Source of the DNA: Candidatus Arthromitus sp. SFB-mouse-Japan
Lineage (GTDB): Bacteria > Bacillota > Clostridia > Clostridiales > Clostridiaceae
Length of the DNA: 32,000 nt
NCBI RefSeq assembly: GCF_000270205.1
Contig: NC_015913.1
Coordinates: forward strand, 630,001 to 662,000
Direction of reading: 5' to 3'
A model generated the notes under the pieces. It was not told the DNA's origin. It saw only the letters and a list, made by a program, of their open reading frames with translations, and did no database searches. Below, piece by piece: positions 14,792 to 24,207 of this stretch. The position numbers were made by a program, and so were the translations under genes. The first letter of the stretch is position 1. Every line of letters starts with the position of its first letter.

Positions 14792-14998
14792 GAGTTCTTT
14801 AATAAATAAAAAACACATAATATATAATGTATGAATATTAAAAAACCCGTCTAATACAACAAATGTTAAATATATTTTTATTTTTAGAAATACCTTAAGT
14901 TTATAAGTTGGAGAATAGAGGATAAGAAGAATAGTAATAATTAGAAATTTTTAAATCTGAGTATATTATATGTGTCTTAACAATTTAGGAGGTTAATA

Positions 14999-15331
14999 AT
15001 GGCAAGGTTAAGTAAGCAAATTAAAAATAAACTTGTCGCTTATGTAAACGATCGTGAAAAAGGAAAAAAAGCTGGCCAAGCTATTATGGAATTTTACGCA
15101 TTGAATGAGGAAGAACTTAAAAAATATCAAGATGATGTACCTATGGAAGAATTTATACAGAAGTTATATATAGCATACAGAAATGAATATTTTTTGAAAA
15201 GTGTTGCTAACAAAAACATAAAGACGGTACCAATTGAGACAGATAAAGATCAATTATTGAATGAACTTAGTGAGACTATAGATAAAATGAATGAATTATA
15301 TAACAAAGTTAAAAAGATGCTTAATGCTTAG
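14999..15331 (+). CDS. Hypothetical 110-aa helical protein (orphan)
   Basis: Strong RBS (TTAGGAGG 7 nt upstream of the ATG), flanking AT-rich intergenic DNA, and a downstream hairpin with U-tract. No recognisable motif. Confidence 0.6.
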   Translation: MARLSKQIKNKLVAYVNDREKGKKAGQAIMEFYALNEEELKKYQDDVPMEEFIQKLYIAYRNEYFLKSVANKNIKTVPIETDKDQLLNELSETIDKMNELYNKVKKMLNA

Positions 15332-15341
15332 TTAAATAAAA

Positions 15342-15378
15342 GCATGTTGACTTATGATAAGTAACATGTTTTTATTTT
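15342..15378 (+). terminator. Candidate terminator after the 110-aa ORF
   Basis: GCATGTT pairs with AACATGT across a 14-nt loop, followed by TTTTTATTTT. Confidence 0.45.
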
Positions 15379-15473
15379 AACAATCAAGTATAAAAGTTTG
15401 TTATTTAAGGTATTTTATTATAGAATCAAGGTATACATAAATTGATTATTGGTGAACGTAAAGGAGTAATTTT

Positions 15474-15923
15474 ATGAATATATATATTTCATCAGACCAT
15501 GCAGGATATGAACTTAAGTTTAATTTGGTTTCAATGTTAATCGAGGAATTCAAAAATCATGAAGTATTTGACTGTGGACCATATTCAGAAGAATTAGTTG
15601 ATTATCCAACATTTGCTGAAAAAGTTTGTGAAAATGTTTTATTTAATGAGGGTTCTTTAGGTATATTGATATGTGGCACAGGCATTGGGATGAGTATTGC
15701 AGCTAATAAGATAAAAGGAATAAGAGCAGCTTTGTGTAATGACATATTTAGTGCTAGACTTGCAAGGCAACATAATAATGCAAATGTCTTAGTTCTTGGA
15801 TCAAGGGTAATAGGGAACGGTTTAGCTCAAGAAATTGTAACATCTTTTTTACAAAGTGAGTTTGAAGGTGGAAGACATAGCGAAAGATTAGCGTTAATAA
15901 AAAATTTAGAAAATAGAAACTAA
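15474..15923 (+). CDS. rpiB: Ribose-5-phosphate isomerase B (RpiB/LacAB family)
   Basis: 149 aa. MNIYISSDHAGYELK...ILICGTGIGMSIAANKIKGIRAA...NVLVLGSRV are typical RpiB motifs. Confidence 0.92.
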   Translation: MNIYISSDHAGYELKFNLVSMLIEEFKNHEVFDCGPYSEELVDYPTFAEKVCENVLFNEGSLGILICGTGIGMSIAANKIKGIRAALCNDIFSARLARQHNNANVLVLGSRVIGNGLAQEIVTSFLQSEFEGGRHSERLALIKNLENRN

Positions 15924-15985
15924 TTGTATATTAATACAAAAAGAGTACAAACTATCTATGTAGCAATTTAAGGGGGATTTCTTGC

Positions 15986-16132
15986 ATGAAGGTTTGTAAA
16001 AAAGGAGATTATAAGGAGGTTGCTAAAAAAGCAAGCGAATTATTAAAAGAAGGAATAGGGATTTCTGAGATCATAAATTCGACACAGAAAAGCTTAATGA
16101 ATATTAAAAAGTTAAATAAAAAAATTAAATAG
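15986..16132 (+). CDS. Untracked 48-aa ORF with a helix-turn-helix-like core
   Basis: ATG 15986 is 9 nt after AAGGGGG. It encodes MKVCKKGDYKEVAKKASELLKEGIGISEIINSTQKSLMNIKKLNKKIK, with TAG at 16130-16132, and is followed by a terminator hairpin. It falls below the ORF-track length cutoff. Confidence 0.4.
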   Translation: MKVCKKGDYKEVAKKASELLKEGIGISEIINSTQKSLMNIKKLNKKIK

Positions 16133-16145
16133 GTTTTTATATTTA

Positions 16146-16192
16146 TGGATTATTCCTTATGTTATTTTTAGATTGGGATAATCCATTTTTTT
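16146..16192 (+). terminator. Rho-independent terminator after the 48-aa ORF
   Basis: TGGATTATTCC pairs with GGGATAATCCA (one G-U pair, 17-nt loop), followed by TTTTTTT. Confidence 0.6.
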
Positions 16193-16205
16193 GAATAATT
16201 TTTTA

Positions 16206-16234
16206 TTGAATTTAAATATTTTTATTTATATAAT
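16206..16234 (+). promoter_or_regulatory. SigmaA-type promoter upstream of remA-gmk-rpoZ
   Basis: TTGAAT (16206-16211), a 17-nt spacer, then TATAAT (16229-16234). The AT-rich background raises the chance of a random match. Confidence 0.5.
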
Positions 16235-16315
16235 AATCTTATTATATTTTTATATATACTATATGTAGAATTTAGTTTTATTTATTTTTAAGCTGGATTA
16301 GAGGGATGATAATAT

Positions 16316-16597
16316 ATGAGTATCAAATTTATTAATATAGGTTTTGGGAATATAGTGTCTGCTAATAGACTAATTGCTATTGTAAGTCCTGAATCAGCTC
16401 CTATAAAGAGAATAGTAACTGAGGCTCGAAGTAGAGGTATGTTAATTGATGCTACTTATGGTAGGAGAACTAGAGCAGTTATAGTTACAGATAGTGATCA
16501 TGTTATACTTTCTGCAGTACAACCTGATACTGTAGCACATAGACTGGATATTAAGGAAAATAATTTGAAGGAACATTTGATGGAAGAGGATGAGTAG
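16316..16597 (+). CDS. remA: RemA/YlzA (DUF370) DNA-binding regulator
   Basis: [72 protein letters not shown] matches the highly conserved RemA sequence. It is followed by gmk, as in Bacillus. Confidence 0.93.
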   Translation: MSIKFINIGFGNIVSANRLIAIVSPESAPIKRIVTEARSRGMLIDATYGRRTRAVIVTDSDHVILSAVQPDTVAHRLDIKENNLKEHLMEEDE

Positions 16598-16603
16598 TAT
16601 TTT

Positions 16604-17221
16604 ATGGATGAAATGTACAATAAGGGATTATTGATTGTTCTTTCTGGACCTTCTGGTGTCGGGAAAGGTACGGTTTGTAAAGAACTTATGAAAAAGTATG
16701 ATTATAAGGTTTCTATTTCTGCTACTACTAGGTCTCCGAGAGAAGGAGAAGTTGATGGAGTTAATTATTATTTTTTAGATAAGGATACCTTTAAATCAAA
16801 GATTGAAAATAATGAATTTTTAGAGTATGCTGAAGTTTATGGGAATTATTATGGTACGCTTAAAAGTCAAGTTGAAGAAGAGTTAAGTAGAGGGAATAAT
16901 ATTATACTTGAGATTGATATTCAGGGGAGTATGCAGGTGCAAAGTGTTTTTGAAAATGCAGTGTACATATTTTTATTACCACCGTCTATAAACGAGCTTA
17001 AAAGTAGGATTTTGAAAAGAGGAAGTGAAACTGAATCTTCGTTCAATTTAAGATTTTCTTCAGTTAGTGAAGAATTAAAATGTATGGTTAATTATGATTA
17101 TGCAGTTATAAATGATGATGTTGAGGGTGCAGTTGAGAAAATAAATGGTATAATAAGGACTGAAATGAGTAGAATAAGTAGAATGAATTTAGAAAAATTT
17201 ATTGGTGGATATATTTTTTAG
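16604..17221 (+). CDS. gmk: Guanylate kinase
   Basis: P-loop GPSGVGKGT, the ATTRSPREGEVDGVNYYF motif, and the EYAEVYGNYYGT motif. Confidence 0.95.
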   Translation: MDEMYNKGLLIVLSGPSGVGKGTVCKELMKKYDYKVSISATTRSPREGEVDGVNYYFLDKDTFKSKIENNEFLEYAEVYGNYYGTLKSQVEEELSRGNNIILEIDIQGSMQVQSVFENAVYIFLLPPSINELKSRILKRGSETESSFNLRFSSVSEELKCMVNYDYAVINDDVEGAVEKINGIIRTEMSRISRMNLEKFIGGYIF

Positions 17222-17243
17222 TTTTTATAAGAGGAGGGATCTT

Positions 17244-17456
17244 ATGAAAGATTCTATTGTTTACCCATCTATAAGTGAACTTATGAAGAAAGTAGACAAT
17301 AAATTTTCACTTGTTATACTTTCTGCAAAAGTTGCGAGGCATAATATAGATAAAGATAAGGATGTAAAAAGAGATAAACACATTAATTATTTAACTCAAT
17401 CTGTTCTTGATATTTATAATGATAAGATAGATTTTAGTACAATTGATTCCGAATAA
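17244..17456 (+). CDS. rpoZ: DNA-directed RNA polymerase subunit omega
   Basis: 70 aa. YPSISELMKKVDNKFSLVILSAKVARH matches the RpoZ N-terminal pattern. The ATG at 17244 is 5 nt after GAGGAGGG, so the tracked upstream extension is unlikely. Confidence 0.85.
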   Translation: MKDSIVYPSISELMKKVDNKFSLVILSAKVARHNIDKDKDVKRDKHINYLTQSVLDIYNDKIDFSTIDSE

Positions 17457-17465
17457 TTTTTTTGT

Positions 17466-17504
17466 AAATACTTAGGTATAAAATTAGCCTAAGTATTTTA
17501 TTTT
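17466..17504 (+). terminator. Rho-independent terminator after rpoZ
   Basis: AAATACTTAGG (17466-17476) pairs with CCTAAGTATTT (17488-17498): 11 bp, followed by a T-rich tail. Confidence 0.7.
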
Positions 17505-17522
17505 AATTTCATAGGAGATCTG

Positions 17523-19745
17523 ATGAGTAAGTATGCAAAAGTAATTATACAATCTATAAGTGATAAGTTAGATAAATTCTTTACATATATAATACCAGAT
17601 GAGATGAAGGATGAAGTTTCTTTAGGAAGTGTTGTGAAGCTTCATTTTGGATTTAATAAGAAATTAGTTTTTGGATTTGTTTTTGAGATATTAGATGAGG
17701 AAGATTTATTTGAAGATGATAAAAAGTATTTAGATAAAATAAAGAGTTTAAATTCTATTGACAAGAGATTTCACTTGAATAACGATTCATTGGAGCTTAT
17801 TAAATATATTCGAAATAAATATTTATCTTCTTATTATGAAGCTATATCTTTATTTATACCTTCAAAGTTTTTAGATGATGCAAGTTTAAAGATAAAGGAT
17901 TATTTGTACTTGGATTGTGAGGTTGCTGTTCCTGAAAGATTTAAGAAAGATCCATATATAAGCATAATGGAATTTGTTTTTAGCAATCCGAATGTTTATG
18001 ATAAAAATGAATTAAGTAAGATTAATAATTTTTCTAAGAGCTCTATATCTACTCTCATAAAACATGGAATATTGAAGATTAATTCTAAAGAAAGGTCTAT
18101 ATTACCATCTTTTCGAGATTCAACTTATACAAAAAAACACCTTAACGATGAACAAAAAACAGTTTATAATGAGGTTATACATGGAGATGAGAAGATTTTC
18201 TTAGTTCATGGGGTTACTGGTAGTGGCAAGACGGAAGTTTATTTATCAATATTTAAAAATTTTGTTAGTAGAGGTTATGATTGTTTAATACTTGTACCAG
18301 AAATTTCTCTTACTCCTCAAATGATTGATAGAGTGAGAGAACAGTTTGATAATGATGTAGTTATATATCACAGTAAGTTAACTACTAATGAACGTTTTAC
18401 TGAGTGGCAAAAAATTAATAGTGGTAAAGTTAAGGTTGCTATAGGAACTCGTTCAGCTTTATTTTTGCCTTTTAAAAATTTGGGATGTATTGTAATTGAT
18501 GAGGAACATGAGGGTACATATAAGTCTGATAGTGATCCAAAGTATTTGGTGAGAGATATTGCTGTTAAATATTCTGAACTTAAGGATGATTTAAAGATTG
18601 TACTTGGATCAGCAACACCAAGTATAGAATCGTATACTATGGCAAAAAATAGAAAATATAAACTTTTAACCATTAAAAATAGAGTTAATAATAGAAGTTT
18701 CCCAAATGTTTTTGCTGTTAATATGAAAGATGAACTTAAGTGTGGGAACAAATCTATTTTTAGTAGACTTTTGTATGATAAGATAAATGATAGGATCTCT
18801 AAGTCTGAACAAGTAATATTGTTTATTAATAAGCGTGGTTTTTCCAGTTTTGTTTCATGTAGAGCTTGCGGATATGTATACAAATGTAAGTATTGTGATA
18901 TAACATTGACATACCATGGTAATAATAGTCATTTGATATGTCATTACTGTGGATATGCACAAGCTATGAGTAACATATGCGTGGAATGTGGAAGTAACTA
19001 TGTCAAACATTTTGGAATTGGTACAGAGAAAGTTGAGTTTATAACTAAAAAGATATTTCAGAATGCTAGAGTTTTAAGAATGGATTTTGACACGACTAGA
19101 AGAAAGGATTCATATTCTAAATTTTATGATGAAATTAAAAACAAGAATGTCGATATTGTTATTGGAACTCAAATGATTGCCAAAGGATTTGATTTTGAAG
19201 ATGTTACTCTTGTCGGTGTTTTAGCGGCAGATTTGAGCATGAATGTTCCGGATTATAAAGCTTATGAAAGAACATTTCAACTTTTGAATCAGGTTTCTGG
19301 AAGATCTGGTAGAGGATCAAAATTGGGTGAAGTATGTATACAAACATATAATCCAGAGAATTATGTTATAAAACATTCAATGAATAATGATTATGAATCA
19401 TTTTATAATGATGAAATTAAGCTCAGAAAGATACTTGATTATCCACCATTTGTGGATATATTAAATATATTATTCCAAGCAAAAGATGAAAATTTATATA
19501 CTGAAGTTCTTATTCCCTTATATAGGGAACTTAAAAGTAAGTTTGGAATAAAATATCAAATTTTAGGTCCTTCATCTTGTATGATATCTAAAATTAATGA
19601 TTATTATAGGTGGCAGATTATTTTTAAAGGGGATCAGGATAATGAAACCTATAATAATATAAAGGTTTTAATCAATGATAAATTGAGTAATGTAAAATCT
19701 AAATATAAAATTAGTTTTGATGTAAATCCATATTCAATATTTTAA
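17523..19745 (+). CDS. priA: Primosomal replication-restart helicase PriA
   Basis: 740 aa. Walker A GVTGSGKTEVY, Walker B/DEEH VIDEEHE, and a Cys-rich zinc ribbon (CRACGYVYKCKYCDITLTYH...CHYCGY...CVECGS). Confidence 0.95.
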   Translation: MSKYAKVIIQSISDKLDKFFTYIIPDEMKDEVSLGSVVKLHFGFNKKLVFGFVFEILDEEDLFEDDKKYLDKIKSLNSIDKRFHLNNDSLELIKYIRNKYLSSYYEAISLFIPSKFLDDASLKIKDYLYLDCEVAVPERFKKDPYISIMEFVFSNPNVYDKNELSKINNFSKSSISTLIKHGILKINSKERSILPSFRDSTYTKKHLNDEQKTVYNEVIHGDEKIFLVHGVTGSGKTEVYLSIFKNFVSRGYDCLILVPEISLTPQMIDRVREQFDNDVVIYHSKLTTNERFTEWQKINSGKVKVAIGTRSALFLPFKNLGCIVIDEEHEGTYKSDSDPKYLVRDIAVKYSELKDDLKIVLGSATPSIESYTMAKNRKYKLLTIKNRVNNRSFPNVFAVNMKDELKCGNKSIFSRLLYDKINDRISKSEQVILFINKRGFSSFVSCRACGYVYKCKYCDITLTYHGNNSHLICHYCGYAQAMSNICVECGSNYVKHFGIGTEKVEFITKKIFQNARVLRMDFDTTRRKDSYSKFYDEIKNKNVDIVIGTQMIAKGFDFEDVTLVGVLAADLSMNVPDYKAYERTFQLLNQVSGRSGRGSKLGEVCIQTYNPENYVIKHSMNNDYESFYNDEIKLRKILDYPPFVDILNILFQAKDENLYTEVLIPLYRELKSKFGIKYQILGPSSCMISKINDYYRWQIIFKGDQDNETYNNIKVLINDKLSNVKSKYKISFDVNPYSIF

Positions 19746-19758
19746 GGAGGAAAGTTAA

Positions 19759-20205
19759 ATGGCATTGAGACAAATAAGAGTTGATGGAGATGAAATTTTA
19801 AGAAAGATAAGTAAAAAAGTTGATGTAATAGACGATAGTTTAAAAAGTCTAGTAGATGATATGTTTGAAACTATGTATCATGCTGATGGAGTTGGATTAG
19901 CAGCACCACAGATCGGTATATTGAAAAGAATAATAGTTATTGATATAGAAGTTATAAAAAAAGTTATGATAAATCCAGAAATAATTTCTGAGAGTACAAC
20001 AGATATGCAAGATGGTCCAGAAGGATGTTTAAGTGTTCCAGGTATTGAGGATACTGTAAGGCGTCCAAAGCTTTTAACTGTTAGATATATGAATTTAGAT
20101 GGAGAGATTGTAACAGAGGAAGCAAGAGATTTATATGCAAGAGTTATTTGTCATGAGGTAGATCATTTAAATGGAATTTTATTTACAGATAAAGTTTTAA
20201 AATAA
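19759..20205 (+). CDS. def: Peptide deformylase
   Basis: Motifs GVGLAAPQIG, EGCLSVPG and HEVDHLNG. Confidence 0.96.
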   Translation: MALRQIRVDGDEILRKISKKVDVIDDSLKSLVDDMFETMYHADGVGLAAPQIGILKRIIVIDIEVIKKVMINPEIISESTTDMQDGPEGCLSVPGIEDTVRRPKLLTVRYMNLDGEIVTEEARDLYARVICHEVDHLNGILFTDKVLK

Positions 20206-20212
20206 TAAGAAG

Positions 20213-21175
20213 GTGTTTGCTTTGTTTAAAGATAAATTTAATGTATTGTTTATGGGAACTCCAGAGTTTGCAGTTGATACACTCGAGATGCTTATACATA
20301 ACCATAATGTTTTAGCTGTTGTAACTCAACCAGATAAACCTCAGGGTAGGGGATATAAATTAAAGTCATCACCTGTTAAAGAGGTTGCACTTAAATATAG
20401 TATAGATGTATATCAGCCTGATAAAGTTAAGGATAATGATGAATTTATTAATAAAATTAGAAATATGGATTTGGATTTAATTATTGTTGTTGCTTATGGT
20501 AAAATATTACCATCAGATATTTTAAATATACCTAAGTTTGGATGTATAAATTCTCATGCTTCATTGTTACCAAGACATAGAGGAGCAGCACCTATTAATT
20601 TTGCTATAATATCAGGAGATAATAAGAGTGGAATAACTACAATGTTTATGGATGAAGGGTTAGATACGGGTGATATAATTGAAAAATATGAAGTGGAAAT
20701 TGAAGATTATATGACTGCAGGTCAATTACATGATAAATTGAAACTAATAAGTGCTTATGGTATGAAGGATACACTTCAAAAAATTAAAAATGGAACCATA
20801 AAGAGACAAAAGCAAGATGATTCGAAAAGCACATATGCTCCGATTATCACGAAAGAATTTGCTCATATTGATTTTTCTAAATCTGCACGGGATATATTAA
20901 ATTTAATAAAAGGATTAAATCCGTGGCCTGTTGCATATTGTTTATATGAAGAAAAAAAAATAAAATTATATGAGGCTAAAGAGGTTTCGATTAATGAAGA
21001 TAAATATATAGATTTTAGTTATGGTCAAATAGTAGAAATTAATGATGATGGACTTTTAGTTAAATGTGGACAAGGATTTATTTTAATAACTACCATACAA
21101 TTTGAAAATAAAAAAGTTATGTCTATTAAATCTTTTTTAAATGGTAATATTATAAGTAAAGTTAGATTGAATTAA
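20213..21175 (+). CDS. fmt: Methionyl-tRNA formyltransferase
   Basis: FMGTPEFAV N-terminus and the HASLLPRHRGAAPI motif. The start is uncertain: GTG 20213 is tracked, and the in-frame TTG at 20222 has better spacing from AAGGTG. Confidence 0.93.
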   Translation: MFALFKDKFNVLFMGTPEFAVDTLEMLIHNHNVLAVVTQPDKPQGRGYKLKSSPVKEVALKYSIDVYQPDKVKDNDEFINKIRNMDLDLIIVVAYGKILPSDILNIPKFGCINSHASLLPRHRGAAPINFAIISGDNKSGITTMFMDEGLDTGDIIEKYEVEIEDYMTAGQLHDKLKLISAYGMKDTLQKIKNGTIKRQKQDDSKSTYAPIITKEFAHIDFSKSARDILNLIKGLNPWPVAYCLYEEKKIKLYEAKEVSINEDKYIDFSYGQIVEINDDGLLVKCGQGFILITTIQFENKKVMSIKSFLNGNIISKVRLN

Positions 21176-21187
21176 GGAGTGATTTTA

Positions 21188-21868
21188 ATGTTTTATTTTG
21201 ATAGGACGATAATTTTGTTAATACCTGCAATAATTGTTAGTGCTATTGCTCAATTTAAAATTTCATCTGCTTATAATAAATATTCTAAAGTTACAAACCA
21301 AAGAGGAATTACTGGAGAACAGGCAGCTATTAATATTTTGAAGGCAAATGGAATTTATGATGTTGAAGTGGAAATGGTAAATGGTCGTATGACAGATCAT
21401 TATGATCCTAGAGCGAAAAAATTGAGATTATCACAAGAGGTTTATTTTGGAACGTCAATAGCAGCAGTTGGAATTGCATCTCATGAGGTGGGTCATGCGA
21501 TACAACATAATGTTAGTTACACACCTTTAATTTTAAGAAATGCTATTGTTCCAGCAGTAAATTTTGGAGCTGGATTCTCTTGGATATTATTTTTATTAGG
21601 TTTAATAATGGGTATCAAGCCATTACTTACTATTGGGATAGTTTTATTTTCACTTACAGTTATATTTCAATTGGTAACACTTCCTGTTGAATTTAATGCG
21701 TCAAATAGGGCGATAAAGTCAATTAAAAACATGGGATTATTAGTTGGCAATGAAGTTAATGGCGCAAAAAGTGTTTTATCATCAGCAGCATTAACGTATG
21801 TAGCAGCAGCACTAATGTCGATTATGAGCTTACTCAGACTTATAGTATTAGCAAGGGGAGACGAATGA
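21188..21868 (+). CDS. Membrane zinc metallopeptidase (YugP-like, Zn_peptidase_2)
   Basis: HEVGHAIQH zinc motif flanked by TM segments. The ATG at 21188 is 8 nt after GGAG, and GTG 21179 is the tracked alternative. Confidence 0.85.
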   Translation: MFYFDRTIILLIPAIIVSAIAQFKISSAYNKYSKVTNQRGITGEQAAINILKANGIYDVEVEMVNGRMTDHYDPRAKKLRLSQEVYFGTSIAAVGIASHEVGHAIQHNVSYTPLILRNAIVPAVNFGAGFSWILFLLGLIMGIKPLLTIGIVLFSLTVIFQLVTLPVEFNASNRAIKSIKNMGLLVGNEVNGAKSVLSSAALTYVAAALMSIMSLLRLIVLARGDE

Positions 21869-23190
21869 TAAATAATTTAAGATATGATTGTGTTATTATA
21901 CTTGATGAAGTCTTAAATAGAGGTGCTTATTCGAATATTACACTTAAAGATTATTTAGATAAATCGAGTTTAAAAGATATAGATAAAAGATTGGTTACAG
22001 AGATTGTTTATGGGACAATACGTTATAAGTTAACTATCGATGATATATTAAATAAGTTTGTTAAGAAACTTGATGAAAATAATATTTCAACTATTATTCT
22101 TAGAAGTGCAATTTATCAATTGAAGTATCTTGATAAAATTCCTGAATATTCTGTTTTAAATGAGAGTGTGGAAGCTGCTAAAAGGTTGTGTAAGAATAAA
22201 AGTGGATTTGTGAATGGAGTTTTAAGAAATTATTTGAGAAATAAGAAATTCATTGATAGTGGTAAGAATACTCTGCAATATGAGTATTCTTTTTCTTCAT
22301 GGATGGTAAAATTATTTAAGTCTCAATATCCTAAAAATTATATAGAATTGATGAGGGCTTTGAATAAAAGAAGTGAAACTTGTTATAGGATAAATTCTAA
22401 AATGATTTCTAAGCAAGATTTTATAGAAAGGTTTAAAGATGAATTTAGAATTGAAGATATCAAAGAGTTTAAAAATTCTATAAAAATAAAATCTCCAATT
22501 AACATATCTAAACTAGATTTATATAAAAACGGATTTATTAGTGTTCAAGGTTTGAGTTCTCAGATAGCCTGTGAAATATTAAATCCTAAAGAAGGTGATG
22601 TAATTATTGATTTATGTGCAGCACCTGGAGGAAAGTCTACATATATTGCTGAACTTTCAAATGATAAGTGTAAATTGATTTCTTGTGATATATATGATCA
22701 CAAGATAGACCTAATTAAAAATAGTGCAAACAGGTTGAAACTCAGTTCTATAGATTGCTTTATAAATGATGCTACTATTTTGAATGAGAAGTTTATTGAT
22801 AAGGCAGATAAGGTTTTGGTTGATGCTCCGTGTTCGGGATTGGGAGTAATTAATAAGAAACCTGAAATAAAATGGTTTAAAAATACTTATGATTTGAAAG
22901 AAATTATTGATATACAGAGGAAAATTATTTTTAATGCATCAAGATATGTTAAATCAAATGGTGTTTTAATGTATACTACATGCACTCTTAACAAAAATGA
23001 AAATGAAGATATAATTAATTGGTTTTTGGAAACTAATAATGACTTTATTTTAGAGTCGATTGATGATTATGATTTTAGTAATTTATTTTTTGAAAACAAT
23101 AAAGGAATGATTACTATTTTTCCGACTGAATTGAGCAATGGATTTTTTATAACTAAATTGAGAAAAAAATTAAGAGGATTATATGTTTAA
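21865..23190 (+). CDS. rsmB: 16S rRNA (cytosine967-C5)-methyltransferase RsmB/Sun
   Basis: NusB-like N-domain plus a SAM methyltransferase core (DLCAAPGGKS, DAPCSGLGV, TCT). ATGA overlap with the upstream gene. Confidence 0.92.
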   Translation: MINNLRYDCVIILDEVLNRGAYSNITLKDYLDKSSLKDIDKRLVTEIVYGTIRYKLTIDDILNKFVKKLDENNISTIILRSAIYQLKYLDKIPEYSVLNESVEAAKRLCKNKSGFVNGVLRNYLRNKKFIDSGKNTLQYEYSFSSWMVKLFKSQYPKNYIELMRALNKRSETCYRINSKMISKQDFIERFKDEFRIEDIKEFKNSIKIKSPINISKLDLYKNGFISVQGLSSQIACEILNPKEGDVIIDLCAAPGGKSTYIAELSNDKCKLISCDIYDHKIDLIKNSANRLKLSSIDCFINDATILNEKFIDKADKVLVDAPCSGLGVINKKPEIKWFKNTYDLKEIIDIQRKIIFNASRYVKSNGVLMYTTCTLNKNENEDIINWFLETNNDFILESIDDYDFSNLFFENNKGMITIFPTELSNGFFITKLRKKLRGLYV

Positions 23191-24193
23191 TGTATTGAAT
23201 TTTAAAAGTGATGAACTTAGAAAATATTTAGAAGAAAATAAATTTAGAGGATTTAAAGCAAATCAAATAATAGATTGGATTTATAATAAAAAGATTTTTG
23301 ATTTCGATGATATGACAAATCTTAGTAATATAGAGAGGAAACAATTTAAAGATATTTTAAAAATTGAACTTCCATTAATTGAGAAAGTCCAAAAATCTAT
23401 AGATGGTACAATTAAATTCTTGTTAAAATTAGTTGATGGAAATTTAATTGAATGTGTGTTTATGGTGTACGATTATGGAAATACTATTTGTATTTCTACT
23501 CAGGTTGGATGTGCTATGGGATGTAAATTTTGTGCATCTACTGTAAATGGATTTTTAAGAAATCTTGAATTGTGTGAGCTCATGGGTCAAGTTTTAGTTG
23601 TTGAGAGATACACATCGAAAAAAATAAATCGTATAGTTCTTATGGGTACTGGGGAACCGTTGTATAATTATGAGAATATAATAACATTTATACATGAGAT
23701 GAGAAGCAAAATGGGTATGAGTAGCAGACATATAACTTTGTCTACTTGTGGAATAGTGCCTAAGATTTATGATTTAGCAAACGAGGGTTTGAGTATAAAT
23801 CTTGCTATATCGTTGCACGCTATTAATGATGATAAGCGTAAGACAATTATGCCTATAGCAAATAAATATTCTATAAATCAGTTAATTGATGCATGTTTGA
23901 ATTATTTTGATAAAACTAAGAGGAGGATATCTTTTGAATATCTTCTTATAGATGGTGTTAATGACAGCGATGATGATGTAAGGGAATTAGTTTCTTTGTG
24001 CAAGAAAAGTAAGGCTCATGTTAATTTGATACCAGTTAATGAAATAAATGAAAATGATTTTAAAGAATCTAGGAGATTAAAGAAATTTTATAACTATTTG
24101 TTGGATTCAGGAGTTAATGTGACAATGAGACAGAAAAAGGGAGTAGATATAGATGCAGCATGTGGTCAGCTTAGATTAAGTTATAGTAAGTAG
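23183..24193 (+). CDS. rlmN: 23S rRNA/tRNA adenine-C2 methyltransferase RlmN (radical SAM)
   Basis: CAMGCKFCAS radical-SAM cluster motif, MGTGEPL, and a C-terminal ACGQL. 8-nt overlap with rsmB. Confidence 0.93.
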   Translation: MFNVLNFKSDELRKYLEENKFRGFKANQIIDWIYNKKIFDFDDMTNLSNIERKQFKDILKIELPLIEKVQKSIDGTIKFLLKLVDGNLIECVFMVYDYGNTICISTQVGCAMGCKFCASTVNGFLRNLELCELMGQVLVVERYTSKKINRIVLMGTGEPLYNYENIITFIHEMRSKMGMSSRHITLSTCGIVPKIYDLANEGLSINLAISLHAINDDKRKTIMPIANKYSINQLIDACLNYFDKTKRRISFEYLLIDGVNDSDDDVRELVSLCKKSKAHVNLIPVNEINENDFKESRRLKKFYNYLLDSGVNVTMRQKKGVDIDAACGQLRLSYSK

Positions 24194-24207
24194 GGGGATA
24201 TTCTACA

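Noticed and set aside
11250-14800. Impression that the MerR-AKR-AKR-hydrolase block is more G+C-rich and uses different Arg codons than its flanks, which would suggest horizontal transfer.
   Set aside because: Spot counts of 60-nt samples gave 33% in the block versus 20-35% in core genes, and CGN Arg codons also occur in priA. By eye the difference is not robust, so it needs a real sliding-window computation.
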